Below are positions 1 to 9,077 of a stretch of DNA of 64,000 bases, one piece after another. The notes below the pieces were generated by a model. That model was given only the letters and a program-made list of their open reading frames with translations. It searched no databases and was not told where the DNA came from. The position numbers were made by a program, and so were the translations under genes. The first letter of the stretch is position 1. Each line of letters begins with the position of its first letter. Source of the DNA: an uncultured Pseudomonadota bacterium (GTDB lineage Bacteria; Pseudomonadota; Alphaproteobacteria; Rs-D84); the NCBI GenBank assembly GCA_900321105.1, contig OOHL01000002.1:141656-205655 (forward strand), read 5' to 3'.

Positions 1-2
1 GC

Positions 3-584
3 CATATAAATTTGTCTGATATTAGACCTGATTTATGGTCAATTGGGGTATTATTAAGCGTATTAAAACATCAACGGGGGTATGATTCTATGGCGGTTGC
101 ATTTAACAAGGCTTTGGAAAAGCGCGGTTATGAAATTGTGGCGGCGCAAGATTTGGCACCAGAATTAACTTTTGAAAAACCTGGTATTCAAACCAAGACA
201 AAACCATCAAAATCGGACGAACACGATATAGAACGTGCAATTCAGGTTTCACACACAATCGGAATCGAAGACATTGGTGCATCTGTGGTTGTTGATAAAC
301 AAGTTGTCGCAGTAGAAGCAGCCGAAGGCACCGCACGCATGTTGGAACGCGTGGTTGAAATGCGCAAAAACAAAAGAAAAACCGGTGGTGTGTTCGCAAA
401 AATGACTAAGCCAGGTCAGGATTTACGAATTGATATACCTGCAATTGGTATTGATACTGTGCGCGCGGTTGCTGCGGCAAAATTGCACGGAATTATTGTT
501 AATGCAAAAACATGCTTTGTTATCGATAAAGATGCGGTTATCGCGGCCGCGAACAAGGCAAAGATATTTATAAAAGCAATATAA
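3..584 (+). CDS. lpxI: UDP-2,3-diacylglucosamine diphosphatase LpxI (5'-partial)
   Basis: Motifs AVEAAEGT and KxxKPGQDLRIDIPAIG; frame open to window start. Confidence 0.85.
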   Translation, partial: HINLSDIRPDLWSIGVLLSVLKHQRGYDSMAVAFNKALEKRGYEIVAAQDLAPELTFEKPGIQTKTKPSKSDEHDIERAIQVSHTIGIEDIGASVVVDKQVVAVEAAEGTARMLERVVEMRKNKRKTGGVFAKMTKPGQDLRIDIPAIGIDTVRAVAAAKLHGIIVNAKTCFVIDKDAVIAAANKAKIFIKAI

Positions 585-608
585 AAAAACCGCCGTTTCG
601 GCGGTTTT
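583..608. terminator. Bidirectional intrinsic terminator
   Basis: aaaaccgcc-gtttc-ggcggtttt between convergent genes. Confidence 0.75.
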
Positions 609-611
609 AAA

Positions 612-923
612 TTATTTGATATCTTTTACTGTCACTTTGAACACGACATCTTTACCTGCAAATTCAGGATAGTAATCCATCGGGAAAGTAATATTGATAT
701 CACGACTTTCACCAACTTTGACACCGACCAGTTGTTCTTCAAAGCCTGGTACAAAAGTGTGACTACCCAATTTCAAAGGATAATCATATCCGGTTCCACC
801 TTGAAATTGTTCAGTTCCCATAAACCCGGCGAAATCTATAATAACTGTATCACCATTTTTTGCGGTTTTTTCACATGCTGTCAATGCTGCACACATAGCA
901 ATTACTCCTAATACTTTTTTCAT
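612..923 (-). CDS. Lipoprotein with trigger-factor-type FKBP PPIase domain
   Basis: Lipobox LTAC; GDTVIIDF, LKLGSHTFVPGFEEQLVG, ITFPMDY, AGKDVVFKVTVKDI. Confidence 0.8.
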   Translation of the reverse strand: MKKVLGVIAMCAALTACEKTAKNGDTVIIDFAGFMGTEQFQGGTGYDYPLKLGSHTFVPGFEEQLVGVKVGESRDINITFPMDYYPEFAGKDVVFKVTVKDIK

Positions 924-990
924 TTAAAATCCTTTAATCTGTACCCATTTTAAACCTCTACACCCATCGTAAAACCTTTTTCAATTTTTT

Positions 991-1518
991 TTATTTATTG
1001 TAAACGCATCTGAAACCGTATTCGCGCATTGTTTCGCCTTCGGCTTCAACACGATAATCAAAGAAAGTTGTTGGACGCATCACTTCAAATGAAGGACGAT
1101 CATATACAATCACAATGCTTTCTGCATTACGACCACAAACTTTTTTCATTTCATAATCTGCGACATGTGCCAAAACAGTTCGTGCATCCGCATCAATATC
1201 GGCACCATCTGCATTTTGCATCAAACGCAAACGCATTTCACGAACATTGCTGTCACCCAAAAGGATTTCGGTGCGAACCATTGTACCCTTGTATTCTTGC
1301 CATCTGGTTTCTTTACGCGCAGTATCCCAACGCGATGCAGACGCGGTGCGCTCTTTCATTGTGCGCGGCTGATACGAATCGATTTGAGAGTATTCGTTTT
1401 CTTCGGTTATATATTGTGCAGTGCGTTCATCATAATATTCGCCACTATGATTAGAATTTCCGCCGCACCCGACCAGCAAAAGGGATAAACCCATAATAAA
1501 TAAAACAGATTTTTTCAT
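991..1518 (-). CDS. Hypothetical lipoprotein
   Basis: Signal peptide with LVGC lipobox; 175 aa. Confidence 0.7.
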   Translation of the reverse strand: MKKSVLFIMGLSLLLVGCGGNSNHSGEYYDERTAQYITEENEYSQIDSYQPRTMKERTASASRWDTARKETRWQEYKGTMVRTEILLGDSNVREMRLRLMQNADGADIDADARTVLAHVADYEMKKVCGRNAESIVIVYDRPSFEVMRPTTFFDYRVEAEGETMREYGFRCVYNK

Positions 1519-1591
1519 TTCTTTTTCTCTTTTTACTTTTTTTTATTTTAACAAATAAACTTTTTTGATTCAAGCCACGATTTATGATAAA

Positions 1592-2560
1592 ATGAAAATG
1601 ATGTCTAATATAGTTCTTGAATCTTTGTTGAAACCACTGGAAGAATTTTATCGTCCTTCGTTTGTCGAAGAAATTGCGATAAATCATGCCGGCGAAGTTT
1701 GGATGCGCCTTAATGGCGGTCGCGTTCCATGGGTTGCCTATAACGCAGAAATTTTATCAAAACAATACTTGGTTGATTTAATTCATACTGTGGCAAATAT
1801 TTACGAACGTCCATTTGATCCGGTGCATGGGATACCTGTTGTGTATGCAACATTGCCGGGGAATCATCGTTTTTCTGCTATCGCGGGTCCAAACGTTCAA
1901 TACGATGAAAACGATGTGACAGGTGGTGTCGCATTAAATATTCGTGGTGGCGGTGTTAAAGAGACCAGTTTTGAAAACTATCACCTTAGTCGCGGGAAAC
2001 AATTGTTAAAAGTCAAACCACGTGAAAAAACAAGACCAGATGATCCATACGAAAGATTGATGGGTGCTATTAATGATGGCAGTCCGATTTTAATATCTGG
2101 TGCAACATCGACTGGTAAAACAACATTTTTAAATCATATGTTAACATTGATTGACCAAAACAGTCGTGTTATCACTGTTGAAGACGCACGTGAAATTCGT
2201 GTCCCACAAAAGAACCGTGTTCATTTTGTATTATCACGTACAGAACAAACAAACGATTTTAATTATGCACGTTTGTTGGATTTGGTTGTTCGTATGACAC
2301 CTGACGTAATTATAGGTGGTGAAATATCAACTGACAATGCTGCGGTTTTATGGGAAATGTTGGGAACAGGACACGACCATTTCTATACAACAATTCATGC
2401 AGAAAGCGCCGAAGCAGCCTATGCTGCATTTGCAGACCGAATATTACACACACAACCTGCATATGACAGAACAGATTTAATTGCAGAAATGAAAAAGAAA
2501 ATCCGCGTTGTTCAATTATCGCGTGATGGCACACTGCGTGCCGTGACAGAGGTTGTATAA
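1592..2560 (+). CDS. virB11: VirB11/CpaF-family secretion ATPase
   Basis: Walker A GATSTGKTT, TVEDAREI, RMTPDVIIGGE, TGH..TTIHA; start could be 1592, 1598 or 1601. Confidence 0.8.
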   Translation: MKMMSNIVLESLLKPLEEFYRPSFVEEIAINHAGEVWMRLNGGRVPWVAYNAEILSKQYLVDLIHTVANIYERPFDPVHGIPVVYATLPGNHRFSAIAGPNVQYDENDVTGGVALNIRGGGVKETSFENYHLSRGKQLLKVKPREKTRPDDPYERLMGAINDGSPILISGATSTGKTTFLNHMLTLIDQNSRVITVEDAREIRVPQKNRVHFVLSRTEQTNDFNYARLLDLVVRMTPDVIIGGEISTDNAAVLWEMLGTGHDHFYTTIHAESAEAAYAAFADRILHTQPAYDRTDLIAEMKKKIRVVQLSRDGTLRAVTEVV

Positions 2561-4756
2561 TCAGCTGAAATTTTGTGGGTTTACATCAATTTTTACACGC
2601 ACATTTGCTGGCTGTTTTACTTTGCCAATCCAATCACGAACAATCGGTTGTAGATTCGCACGCGCTGAACCCGAAACCAAAAATCGCATACGATACCAAT
2701 TTCGTATTTGATATATCTGTGCTGCAATCGGTCCCATTATTTTACCACCGTTTAATTGCGGCGCCACTGCTGCCAGTGCATCGCAATATTTTTTAAGCGT
2801 TATTTCTTTATCACTTTCCACAATAACCGCAACCAATTGTCCAAATGGTGGCATTTGTGCCGCGCGCCGTGATTCCATATCGGAAGCCATAAATTCATCC
2901 CTATCGCCCGCACAAATGGCGCGTATTACCGGATGTTCTGGTTGATATGTTTGCAATAATACATGTCCTGGGAATTCGCCACGACCGGCACGACCAGCAA
3001 CCTGGAATAATTGTTGGAAAGTATGTTCCCCTGCCCTGAAATCTGTTCCGAACAATCCCATATCTGCATCAACAACACCAACCAATGTCAAATTTGGGAA
3101 ATGGTGTCCCTTGGCCAAAATTTGCGTTCCAATTATGATGTCAATTTCACCGTCTTCCATTTTATGAACCAATCGTTCCAATGCTTCACGTGACATAATT
3201 GTATCGCTTGACACCAATGCGGTTTTTGCATTTGGGAATTTTGCATTGATTTCCTGTTCTATTTTTTCCAGACCAACCCCACGCGTTGAAACATTGTTTT
3301 TACATTGCGGACAAATTTTCGGTACCGATTCAGTATGTCCGCACATATGGCACACCAATTTATTTATATGTTTGTGATAATTCAGCGACATTGAACAATC
3401 AGGACACTGTGCAACCCAACCGCATTTTTTACATTGAACAATTGGCGCAAAACCGCGGCGATTTATAAACAACAAAACTTGCTTTTTATTTTCCAGTGTT
3501 GTCGCAATTTGTTCGCATAATTGTGGCGACAAATTACCAGACATTTCTTCGTCATTGACTTTATAAGATTCAGGGCGCGAATTTCGCATATCTATGGTTT
3601 CAATTGTTGGCATTTGTGCACCACCAAAACGCGAAGTTAAACGCAGCCGTCTGTATTTTCCCAGCGCAACATTATGCATCGTTTCAACAGACGGTGTCGC
3701 AGATGCCAATATTATCGGGAATCCAGAAATATTAGCACGCAAAATTGCCATATCACGTGCATGATAATTTCCCATGTCTTCTTGTTTATACGATGTATCG
3801 TGTTCTTCATCTACAACAATCAAGCCCAAATTTTGCCATGGCAAAAACAGCGCACTGCGTGTACCAACTACAATGCGAATATCACCACGCGCAACACCGC
3901 GCCATATACTGCGCCGACGTGCAGATGTTAAATTGCTGTGCCAAACGACAGGTGGCGCACCAAAACGCTTTTCAAACCTATCCATAAATTGTGCAGTCAA
4001 TGCAATTTCAGGCATCATTAACAAAACAGATTTTCCTGCATTATATGCGCGCAGCACACTGTCAAAATAAACTTGTGTTTTACCAGAACCCGTTATCCCA
4101 TCCAATAAAAATACAGAAAAACCACCATTGTTAATTTCTGTTGATATAGAATCTGCCGCTAATTGTTGTTCATTGTTCAAAACAACCGTATTTGTATCAA
4201 AATATTTGTAGATAAAGCGATTATCAACGATTTCACGAGAATCTGATGAAATTAAAATATTGTTTTTTATCATTGTTTTGACAACAGCATTACTTACATG
4301 CGATATGTTTGTTATATCGCTGATTGACATTGCCTCATTATCATTGGATTGAAACGCATCAGCCACACTTTGTCGCGCAACCGTCATTTTCGCAGACACG
4401 TCAACATTATATTTATATAATTGTTCGATTTTTGGCGCATTAAATGCATCTGGCACATTTAAAATCAGACGCAATACCGCACCTGGCGCCATCAATGTCC
4501 AGGCTGCCATTTTATATATCCAATCAATATCAGATTGGGACATTTTTCCCATATCGCATATTTCGATAACTGACTTTATTTTGGTCTGGTCTAAACCGCT
4601 GTCACCAGCCCCAACAATAACACCAATATATTGGCGATTCATGACCGTCACACGTACAAAATTCCCAATTTCTGCATCAGCACAAAGCCGGTAGTCATAA
4701 CCAGTGTTTATTACATTAGGAATTAAAACCTTTACAATATCGCCAGATTTAAACAT
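2561..4756 (-). CDS. priA: Primosomal protein N'
   Basis: GITGSGKT, DEEH, CxxC zinc motifs, QVAGRAGR. Confidence 0.95.
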   Translation of the reverse strand: MFKSGDIVKVLIPNVINTGYDYRLCADAEIGNFVRVTVMNRQYIGVIVGAGDSGLDQTKIKSVIEICDMGKMSQSDIDWIYKMAAWTLMAPGAVLRLILNVPDAFNAPKIEQLYKYNVDVSAKMTVARQSVADAFQSNDNEAMSISDITNISHVSNAVVKTMIKNNILISSDSREIVDNRFIYKYFDTNTVVLNNEQQLAADSISTEINNGGFSVFLLDGITGSGKTQVYFDSVLRAYNAGKSVLLMMPEIALTAQFMDRFEKRFGAPPVVWHSNLTSARRRSIWRGVARGDIRIVVGTRSALFLPWQNLGLIVVDEEHDTSYKQEDMGNYHARDMAILRANISGFPIILASATPSVETMHNVALGKYRRLRLTSRFGGAQMPTIETIDMRNSRPESYKVNDEEMSGNLSPQLCEQIATTLENKKQVLLFINRRGFAPIVQCKKCGWVAQCPDCSMSLNYHKHINKLVCHMCGHTESVPKICPQCKNNVSTRGVGLEKIEQEINAKFPNAKTALVSSDTIMSREALERLVHKMEDGEIDIIIGTQILAKGHHFPNLTLVGVVDADMGLFGTDFRAGEHTFQQLFQVAGRAGRGEFPGHVLLQTYQPEHPVIRAICAGDRDEFMASDMESRRAAQMPPFGQLVAVIVESDKEITLKKYCDALAAVAPQLNGGKIMGPIAAQIYQIRNWYRMRFLVSGSARANLQPIVRDWIGKVKQPANVRVKIDVNPQNFS

Positions 4757-4782
4757 ATTTGTAATTTAATCGATTTTTTTGT

Positions 4783-5679
4783 TTATTTCAACATATCAAT
4801 CACGCGTTCCAAATCATCAGTATTTGGAACGTTTTTTATTTCAATATCTGCATCGTATTGACCATTAAACCATGTGCGTTGACGTTTTGCATATTGATTT
4901 GTTTTTACCGTCCAATTTTCAATTGCATCTTTTTCAGAAATTTTGCCATTTAACATGTCGCATATTTGCACCGCACCAATTGCACGAGATGCATCAAGAT
5001 TGTTTTCAATAATATAACGGCCTTCGTCAATTGCACCACCTTTTATCATTTCTGGGATACGCGCTGCAATTCGTGCCAACAACATTTCACGCGGCGGCAT
5101 AATGGCCACACACAAAGGATTTTCAACAACACCGCCATCACGCGGATTTTTTTGCCAATCAGTTAGATGCTTTCCTGTTTCAAAAAACACTTCCAATGCA
5201 CGTGCAACGCGTTGCGGATCGGTTGCAGAAAAATCAGACGGCAACAATTGTTTTGCAGCAACAATATCATGTTCAACCATTTCACGTGCACGTGTGCGAT
5301 TTTCAATACTGATTTCTGGGATATTTGAAATACCGTTTGTCAATGCATTTATGTAATAGCCTGTTCCACCAACAAAGATTGGCTTTTTCCCCATTGCGAT
5401 AACATCATCATATGCGCGACGCGCCAATTTCAGATAATCAGCAACACTGATATGTTCATTTAAAGACAAAATTGAAAACAATTTATAAGGCACGCCATCT
5501 ATATCATCGACAAAACCTGTTTCTGCAAATGGGGATGCAGATATATTTTCAATTCCGCGATAAATCTGGACACTGTCTGCATTTATAATTGCACCATTGA
5601 TACGCAGCGCCAAACGGTGCGCAAAATCAGATTTTCCAGATGCGGTTGGTCCCGCGATAATAATTGAATCATATTTCAT
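4783..5679 (-). CDS. miaA: tRNA dimethylallyltransferase
   Basis: GPTASGKS, DSVQIY, VGGTGYY, YAKRQRTW; start moved to ATG at 5679. Confidence 0.93.
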   Translation of the reverse strand: MKYDSIIIAGPTASGKSDFAHRLALRINGAIINADSVQIYRGIENISASPFAETGFVDDIDGVPYKLFSILSLNEHISVADYLKLARRAYDDVIAMGKKPIFVGGTGYYINALTNGISNIPEISIENRTRAREMVEHDIVAAKQLLPSDFSATDPQRVARALEVFFETGKHLTDWQKNPRDGGVVENPLCVAIMPPREMLLARIAARIPEMIKGGAIDEGRYIIENNLDASRAIGAVQICDMLNGKISEKDAIENWTVKTNQYAKRQRTWFNGQYDADIEIKNVPNTDDLERVIDMLK

Positions 5680-5794
5680 ACAAAATATTATAAAGCCAAT
5701 AGATTTGTTTGCAAGAACGATATGCAAAAAATCCAGATGTATTTTTTTATATTTCGTGATAGAATATATGCATATATGAAAGAAAGGAAATAAA

Positions 5795-6793
5795 ATGAAA
5801 AAAATTCGTGTTGCTATAAATGGATTTGGTCGTATTGGACGTTTGGTCTTGCGCGCGGCATTGGAATCTGGTCGCAAAGACATTGAATTTGTTGCGGTTA
5901 ATGATTTAATGCCGATTGAACAAAATGCGTATTTATTACAATACGATTCTGTTCACGGGAAATTGCCAATGGATGTTAAAATCGATGGCGATTATATATT
6001 GGTTGGCGGGCAAAAAATCAAAAGTTTATCCGAACGCGACCCGTCTAAATTGCCATGGAAAAAATTAAAGATTGATGTTGTTATGGAATGTACCGGATTA
6101 TTTACAGCCGCAGACAAAGCGCGCGTTCATTTGGATTGTGGTGCAAAACGCGTTTTGGTTTCTGCGCCATCCGCGGGGGCAGATAAAACAATAGTTTTCG
6201 GTGTTAATGATAATAAATTGACCAAACGCGATTTGATTGTATCAAATGCATCGTGCACAACAAATTGTCTGGCGCCGGTTTTAAATGTATTGGATAAAAA
6301 GTTCGGAATTATAGACGGATGGATGACAACAGTTCATGCATATACCGGCGATCAACAGTTATTGGATAAAAACCACAAAGATTTTCGTCGCGCACGCGCC
6401 GCTAACTTATCAATGATTCCAACATCCACTGGCGCTGCTAAGGCTATTGGATTGGTATTACCAAAACTGGCGGGTAAAATGGACGGAATTGCAATTCGTG
6501 TTCCAACACCAGATGTATCTGTTGTGGAATTGGCATTAAATGTAAACAAGCGCGCAACAATTGAATCTGTAAACAAGGCAATGTTTGCATCGCAATCTGA
6601 AATTTTGGGGTATAATGACAAACCATTGGTTTCCATAGATTTCACACATGATAAACACAGTTCGATTTTTGATGCATCCCAAACACGTGTTATTGATGAA
6701 CACTTGGTTCATGTCACCGCATGGTACGACAACGAATGGGGATTTTCAAATCGTATGTGTGACACCGCTGTTGCAATCGGAAAAACATTATAA
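5795..6793 (+). CDS. gap: Type I glyceraldehyde-3-phosphate dehydrogenase
   Basis: INGFGRIGR, SNASCTTNCL, WYDNEWG. Confidence 0.97.
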   Translation: MKKIRVAINGFGRIGRLVLRAALESGRKDIEFVAVNDLMPIEQNAYLLQYDSVHGKLPMDVKIDGDYILVGGQKIKSLSERDPSKLPWKKLKIDVVMECTGLFTAADKARVHLDCGAKRVLVSAPSAGADKTIVFGVNDNKLTKRDLIVSNASCTTNCLAPVLNVLDKKFGIIDGWMTTVHAYTGDQQLLDKNHKDFRRARAANLSMIPTSTGAAKAIGLVLPKLAGKMDGIAIRVPTPDVSVVELALNVNKRATIESVNKAMFASQSEILGYNDKPLVSIDFTHDKHSSIFDASQTRVIDEHLVHVTAWYDNEWGFSNRMCDTAVAIGKTL

Positions 6794-6810
6794 AAAACAA
6801 ATAAAAAATA

Positions 6811-6844
6811 AAATAACCCCGTAATATACTGGGGTTATTTTTTT
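6811..6844 (+). terminator. gap terminator
   Basis: aaataacccc/ggggttattt stem plus T-run. Confidence 0.8.
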
Positions 6845-6881
6845 ACTGTATTTTAAAACCTAATTTTGCTAAAATTGTGTT

Positions 6882-7060
6882 GTCAGCAAGAGTTTTGCTG
6901 ATGGGACTAGAAACCCATATAGCTTCGTCTGGAATGACGTTAAAATCTCCAACCTGTTGTGGTTGGAGGGTCGCGAATATATTGAATAAGCACGCAATTT
7001 AAGCTAAATTGTTTCTAGCCTCCAACCGCCCGATTTTTCTCTGGCGGTTCTTTTTGGTTT
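6882..7060 (+). ncRNA. Unrecognised structured cis-regulatory leader RNA, copy 1 (riboswitch/attenuator-like)
   Basis: Homologous to the minus-strand copy at 38425-38601 with compensatory changes; follows TGnTAAAAT at 6867-6875; ends in a terminator-like hairpin. Confidence 0.75.
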
Positions 7061-7079
7061 ACGTCGGGGGAAAAATCAA

Positions 7080-7787
7080 ATGAAACGTTTTTTAATATTA
7101 TTATCGATATTGTTTTGCACAACAGTATTTGCACATACCATTGAATGGTATGTCGATAACACACTGCTTTCAACGACAACATGCGAATCTGGGGATAACA
7201 TAACCCCACCAACCGCACCAGACAAGTATGGATATCATTTCATTAGGTGGATGAAATATACACCTGTTGAATATTTAGACATAAATCAGGGACCTTTTAT
7301 AGAGGTAAATTATCCGTTCAATACAGGAAGTACTTTTGAAACGAAATTATCAATATTAGGGGATATGTCAAACGATAATGGACTTTTTGGCAATACATGG
7401 AACACACAAAGTCTTTTGGTGGTTTTTGATAAAAACAAATTTAGATCATATTTTAGTAAAGGTATTGGTTTGGAAAACACAAAACAAATTTTAAAAAATA
7501 CTCCGTACACATTAAAAGTTGGTAACGGTTTTACTATTGTAGATGGTGTGACTGTTATTGGCACACCACTAAATTCGTTATCTGTATATAAATTAAAAAT
7601 ACCTTATAGCCGCTTATCTGGGACTTTTAGATTCTTTTATTTTAAAATATACGATAATGATGTTTTAGTCCGTGACTTTATACCTATTCTTGATTCAAAC
7701 GGCACACCGTGTATGTATGACAAGGTTCAAAGTGAAGTTTACTACAACGCTGGTACGGGTAATTTCATAGCAGGACCGGCAATATAA
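7080..7787 (+). CDS. Secreted protein, InlB-B-repeat-like N-terminus plus beta-rich (LamG-like) domain
   Basis: Signal peptide; TPPTAPDKYGYHFIRW; C-terminal KIYDNDVLVRDFIP...MYDKV...NAGTGNF. Confidence 0.6.
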   Translation: MKRFLILLSILFCTTVFAHTIEWYVDNTLLSTTTCESGDNITPPTAPDKYGYHFIRWMKYTPVEYLDINQGPFIEVNYPFNTGSTFETKLSILGDMSNDNGLFGNTWNTQSLLVVFDKNKFRSYFSKGIGLENTKQILKNTPYTLKVGNGFTIVDGVTVIGTPLNSLSVYKLKIPYSRLSGTFRFFYFKIYDNDVLVRDFIPILDSNGTPCMYDKVQSEVYYNAGTGNFIAGPAI

Positions 7788-7789
7788 TA

Positions 7790-8503
7790 ATGAAAATCAA
7801 ATCTGTATTTTTGTTGTTTATATTTATATCACAACCTCTGTTTGCTGATATGTTGTGTGATATATCCGTTGATAAATATCGTGCTCTGTATAAACCTTAC
7901 TCTTATACTTGTAGTTCTGGACAATATTTACCGGCAAATACTTTGGGATGTGTATCATGTCCAAATGGTTTTACATGTAATGGCGGAACATTTGAATTTA
8001 ATCCAAATTATTTTCAGGGTATTGATTTTGATGTCACAAACATATCAAATATACAAATGAACAATATATGTGCAGCAAATTTTCCATCCGAAATATTCGC
8101 CATATATGAACCAAACATTCACAATTGCACCACCGGATATTATTTACCCGCAAATGTGGATGAATGTACAATATGTCCCAAAAACAATTATTGTGTTGGT
8201 GGGACATATACCTTTAATGAAACATTAACCCAGGGTATTGAACAATGTGAAAACGGATATTTTGCACCAACTGGTTCCGCGGTTTGTTATCCGCATATAT
8301 TACATATTGATAATAATAATGTTTATTTAAAATCAGACAAAACAACAACGCCGTCTTTAAATATAAAAATTGGGGACGATATATTTTATGCAAATATGAC
8401 AACGATTCCGACAACCATAAATAATACAACCGAACAATATTTAAAAATAAAAAACGGCAACACGGTTTATTATGTGTGCGATGATACGGTGTGCGGGGAA
8501 TAA
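7790..8503 (+). CDS. Secreted Cys-rich repeat protein
   Basis: Signal peptide; two CxxGxYLPANxxxCxxCP...CxGGT repeats; C-terminal KTTTPSLNIKIG domain. Confidence 0.7.
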   Translation: MKIKSVFLLFIFISQPLFADMLCDISVDKYRALYKPYSYTCSSGQYLPANTLGCVSCPNGFTCNGGTFEFNPNYFQGIDFDVTNISNIQMNNICAANFPSEIFAIYEPNIHNCTTGYYLPANVDECTICPKNNYCVGGTYTFNETLTQGIEQCENGYFAPTGSAVCYPHILHIDNNNVYLKSDKTTTPSLNIKIGDDIFYANMTTIPTTINNTTEQYLKIKNGNTVYYVCDDTVCGE

Positions 8504-8507
8504 AAAC

Positions 8508-8786
8508 TTAGGCTATTTTGTGTTTTATTTCTTTGATACGTGCCAAAATTTCACGCAAATCATCGTCCGATACCGTTGGTGTTTGATTTTTATTTTGTAT
8601 TTCATCAACTAACACAATGCATAATGTCGCCAACAACGCATTTTCCTGTAAAGGACCTATTTTATCCAAAATCTGACGCGCACGCGCATCAACAATACGG
8701 CCTAATTCAATCAGGCGCCCTTCCTGGCCATCTTCACAGCCCATTGGGTAATTGCGATTAACAATAGGTATCGAAACTACACTCAT
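8508..8786 (-). CDS. zapA: Cell division protein ZapA
   Basis: IVNRNYPMGCEDGQEGRL pattern and size typical of alphaproteobacterial ZapA. Confidence 0.8.
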   Translation of the reverse strand: MSVVSIPIVNRNYPMGCEDGQEGRLIELGRIVDARARQILDKIGPLQENALLATLCIVLVDEIQNKNQTPTVSDDDLREILARIKEIKHKIA

Positions 8787-8995
8787 TTTTTCAGTTTTTC
8801 CAATATTGACACAGATTTTTCAATCAATTGTTTCGCATTTTCGTTCTTTTCACGCAAGGTTTTAACCTGTTTCGTTAAAATTGCAACCTCTAAATCAGTT
8901 TGCTTGCCCGCATCGTTGGCATCCGCACGCAAATGCATCGCCAAAGATTCCAGCGAATCCAATTCTTGAAAAATTTGTTCTTTGATATTTGCCAT
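8783..8995 (-). CDS. Small coiled-coil protein upstream of zapA
   Basis: 70-aa heptad-rich ORF overlapping the zapA start by 4 nt. Confidence 0.65.
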   Translation of the reverse strand: MANIKEQIFQELDSLESLAMHLRADANDAGKQTDLEVAILTKQVKTLREKNENAKQLIEKSVSILEKLKK

Positions 8996-9077
8996 ATTTG
9001 CATTTTAAGACATTTTTTATATGCGTTCAACCCTAAAATGTGATATAATAAGGCATATTAAATGGGGGAATTGTTTC

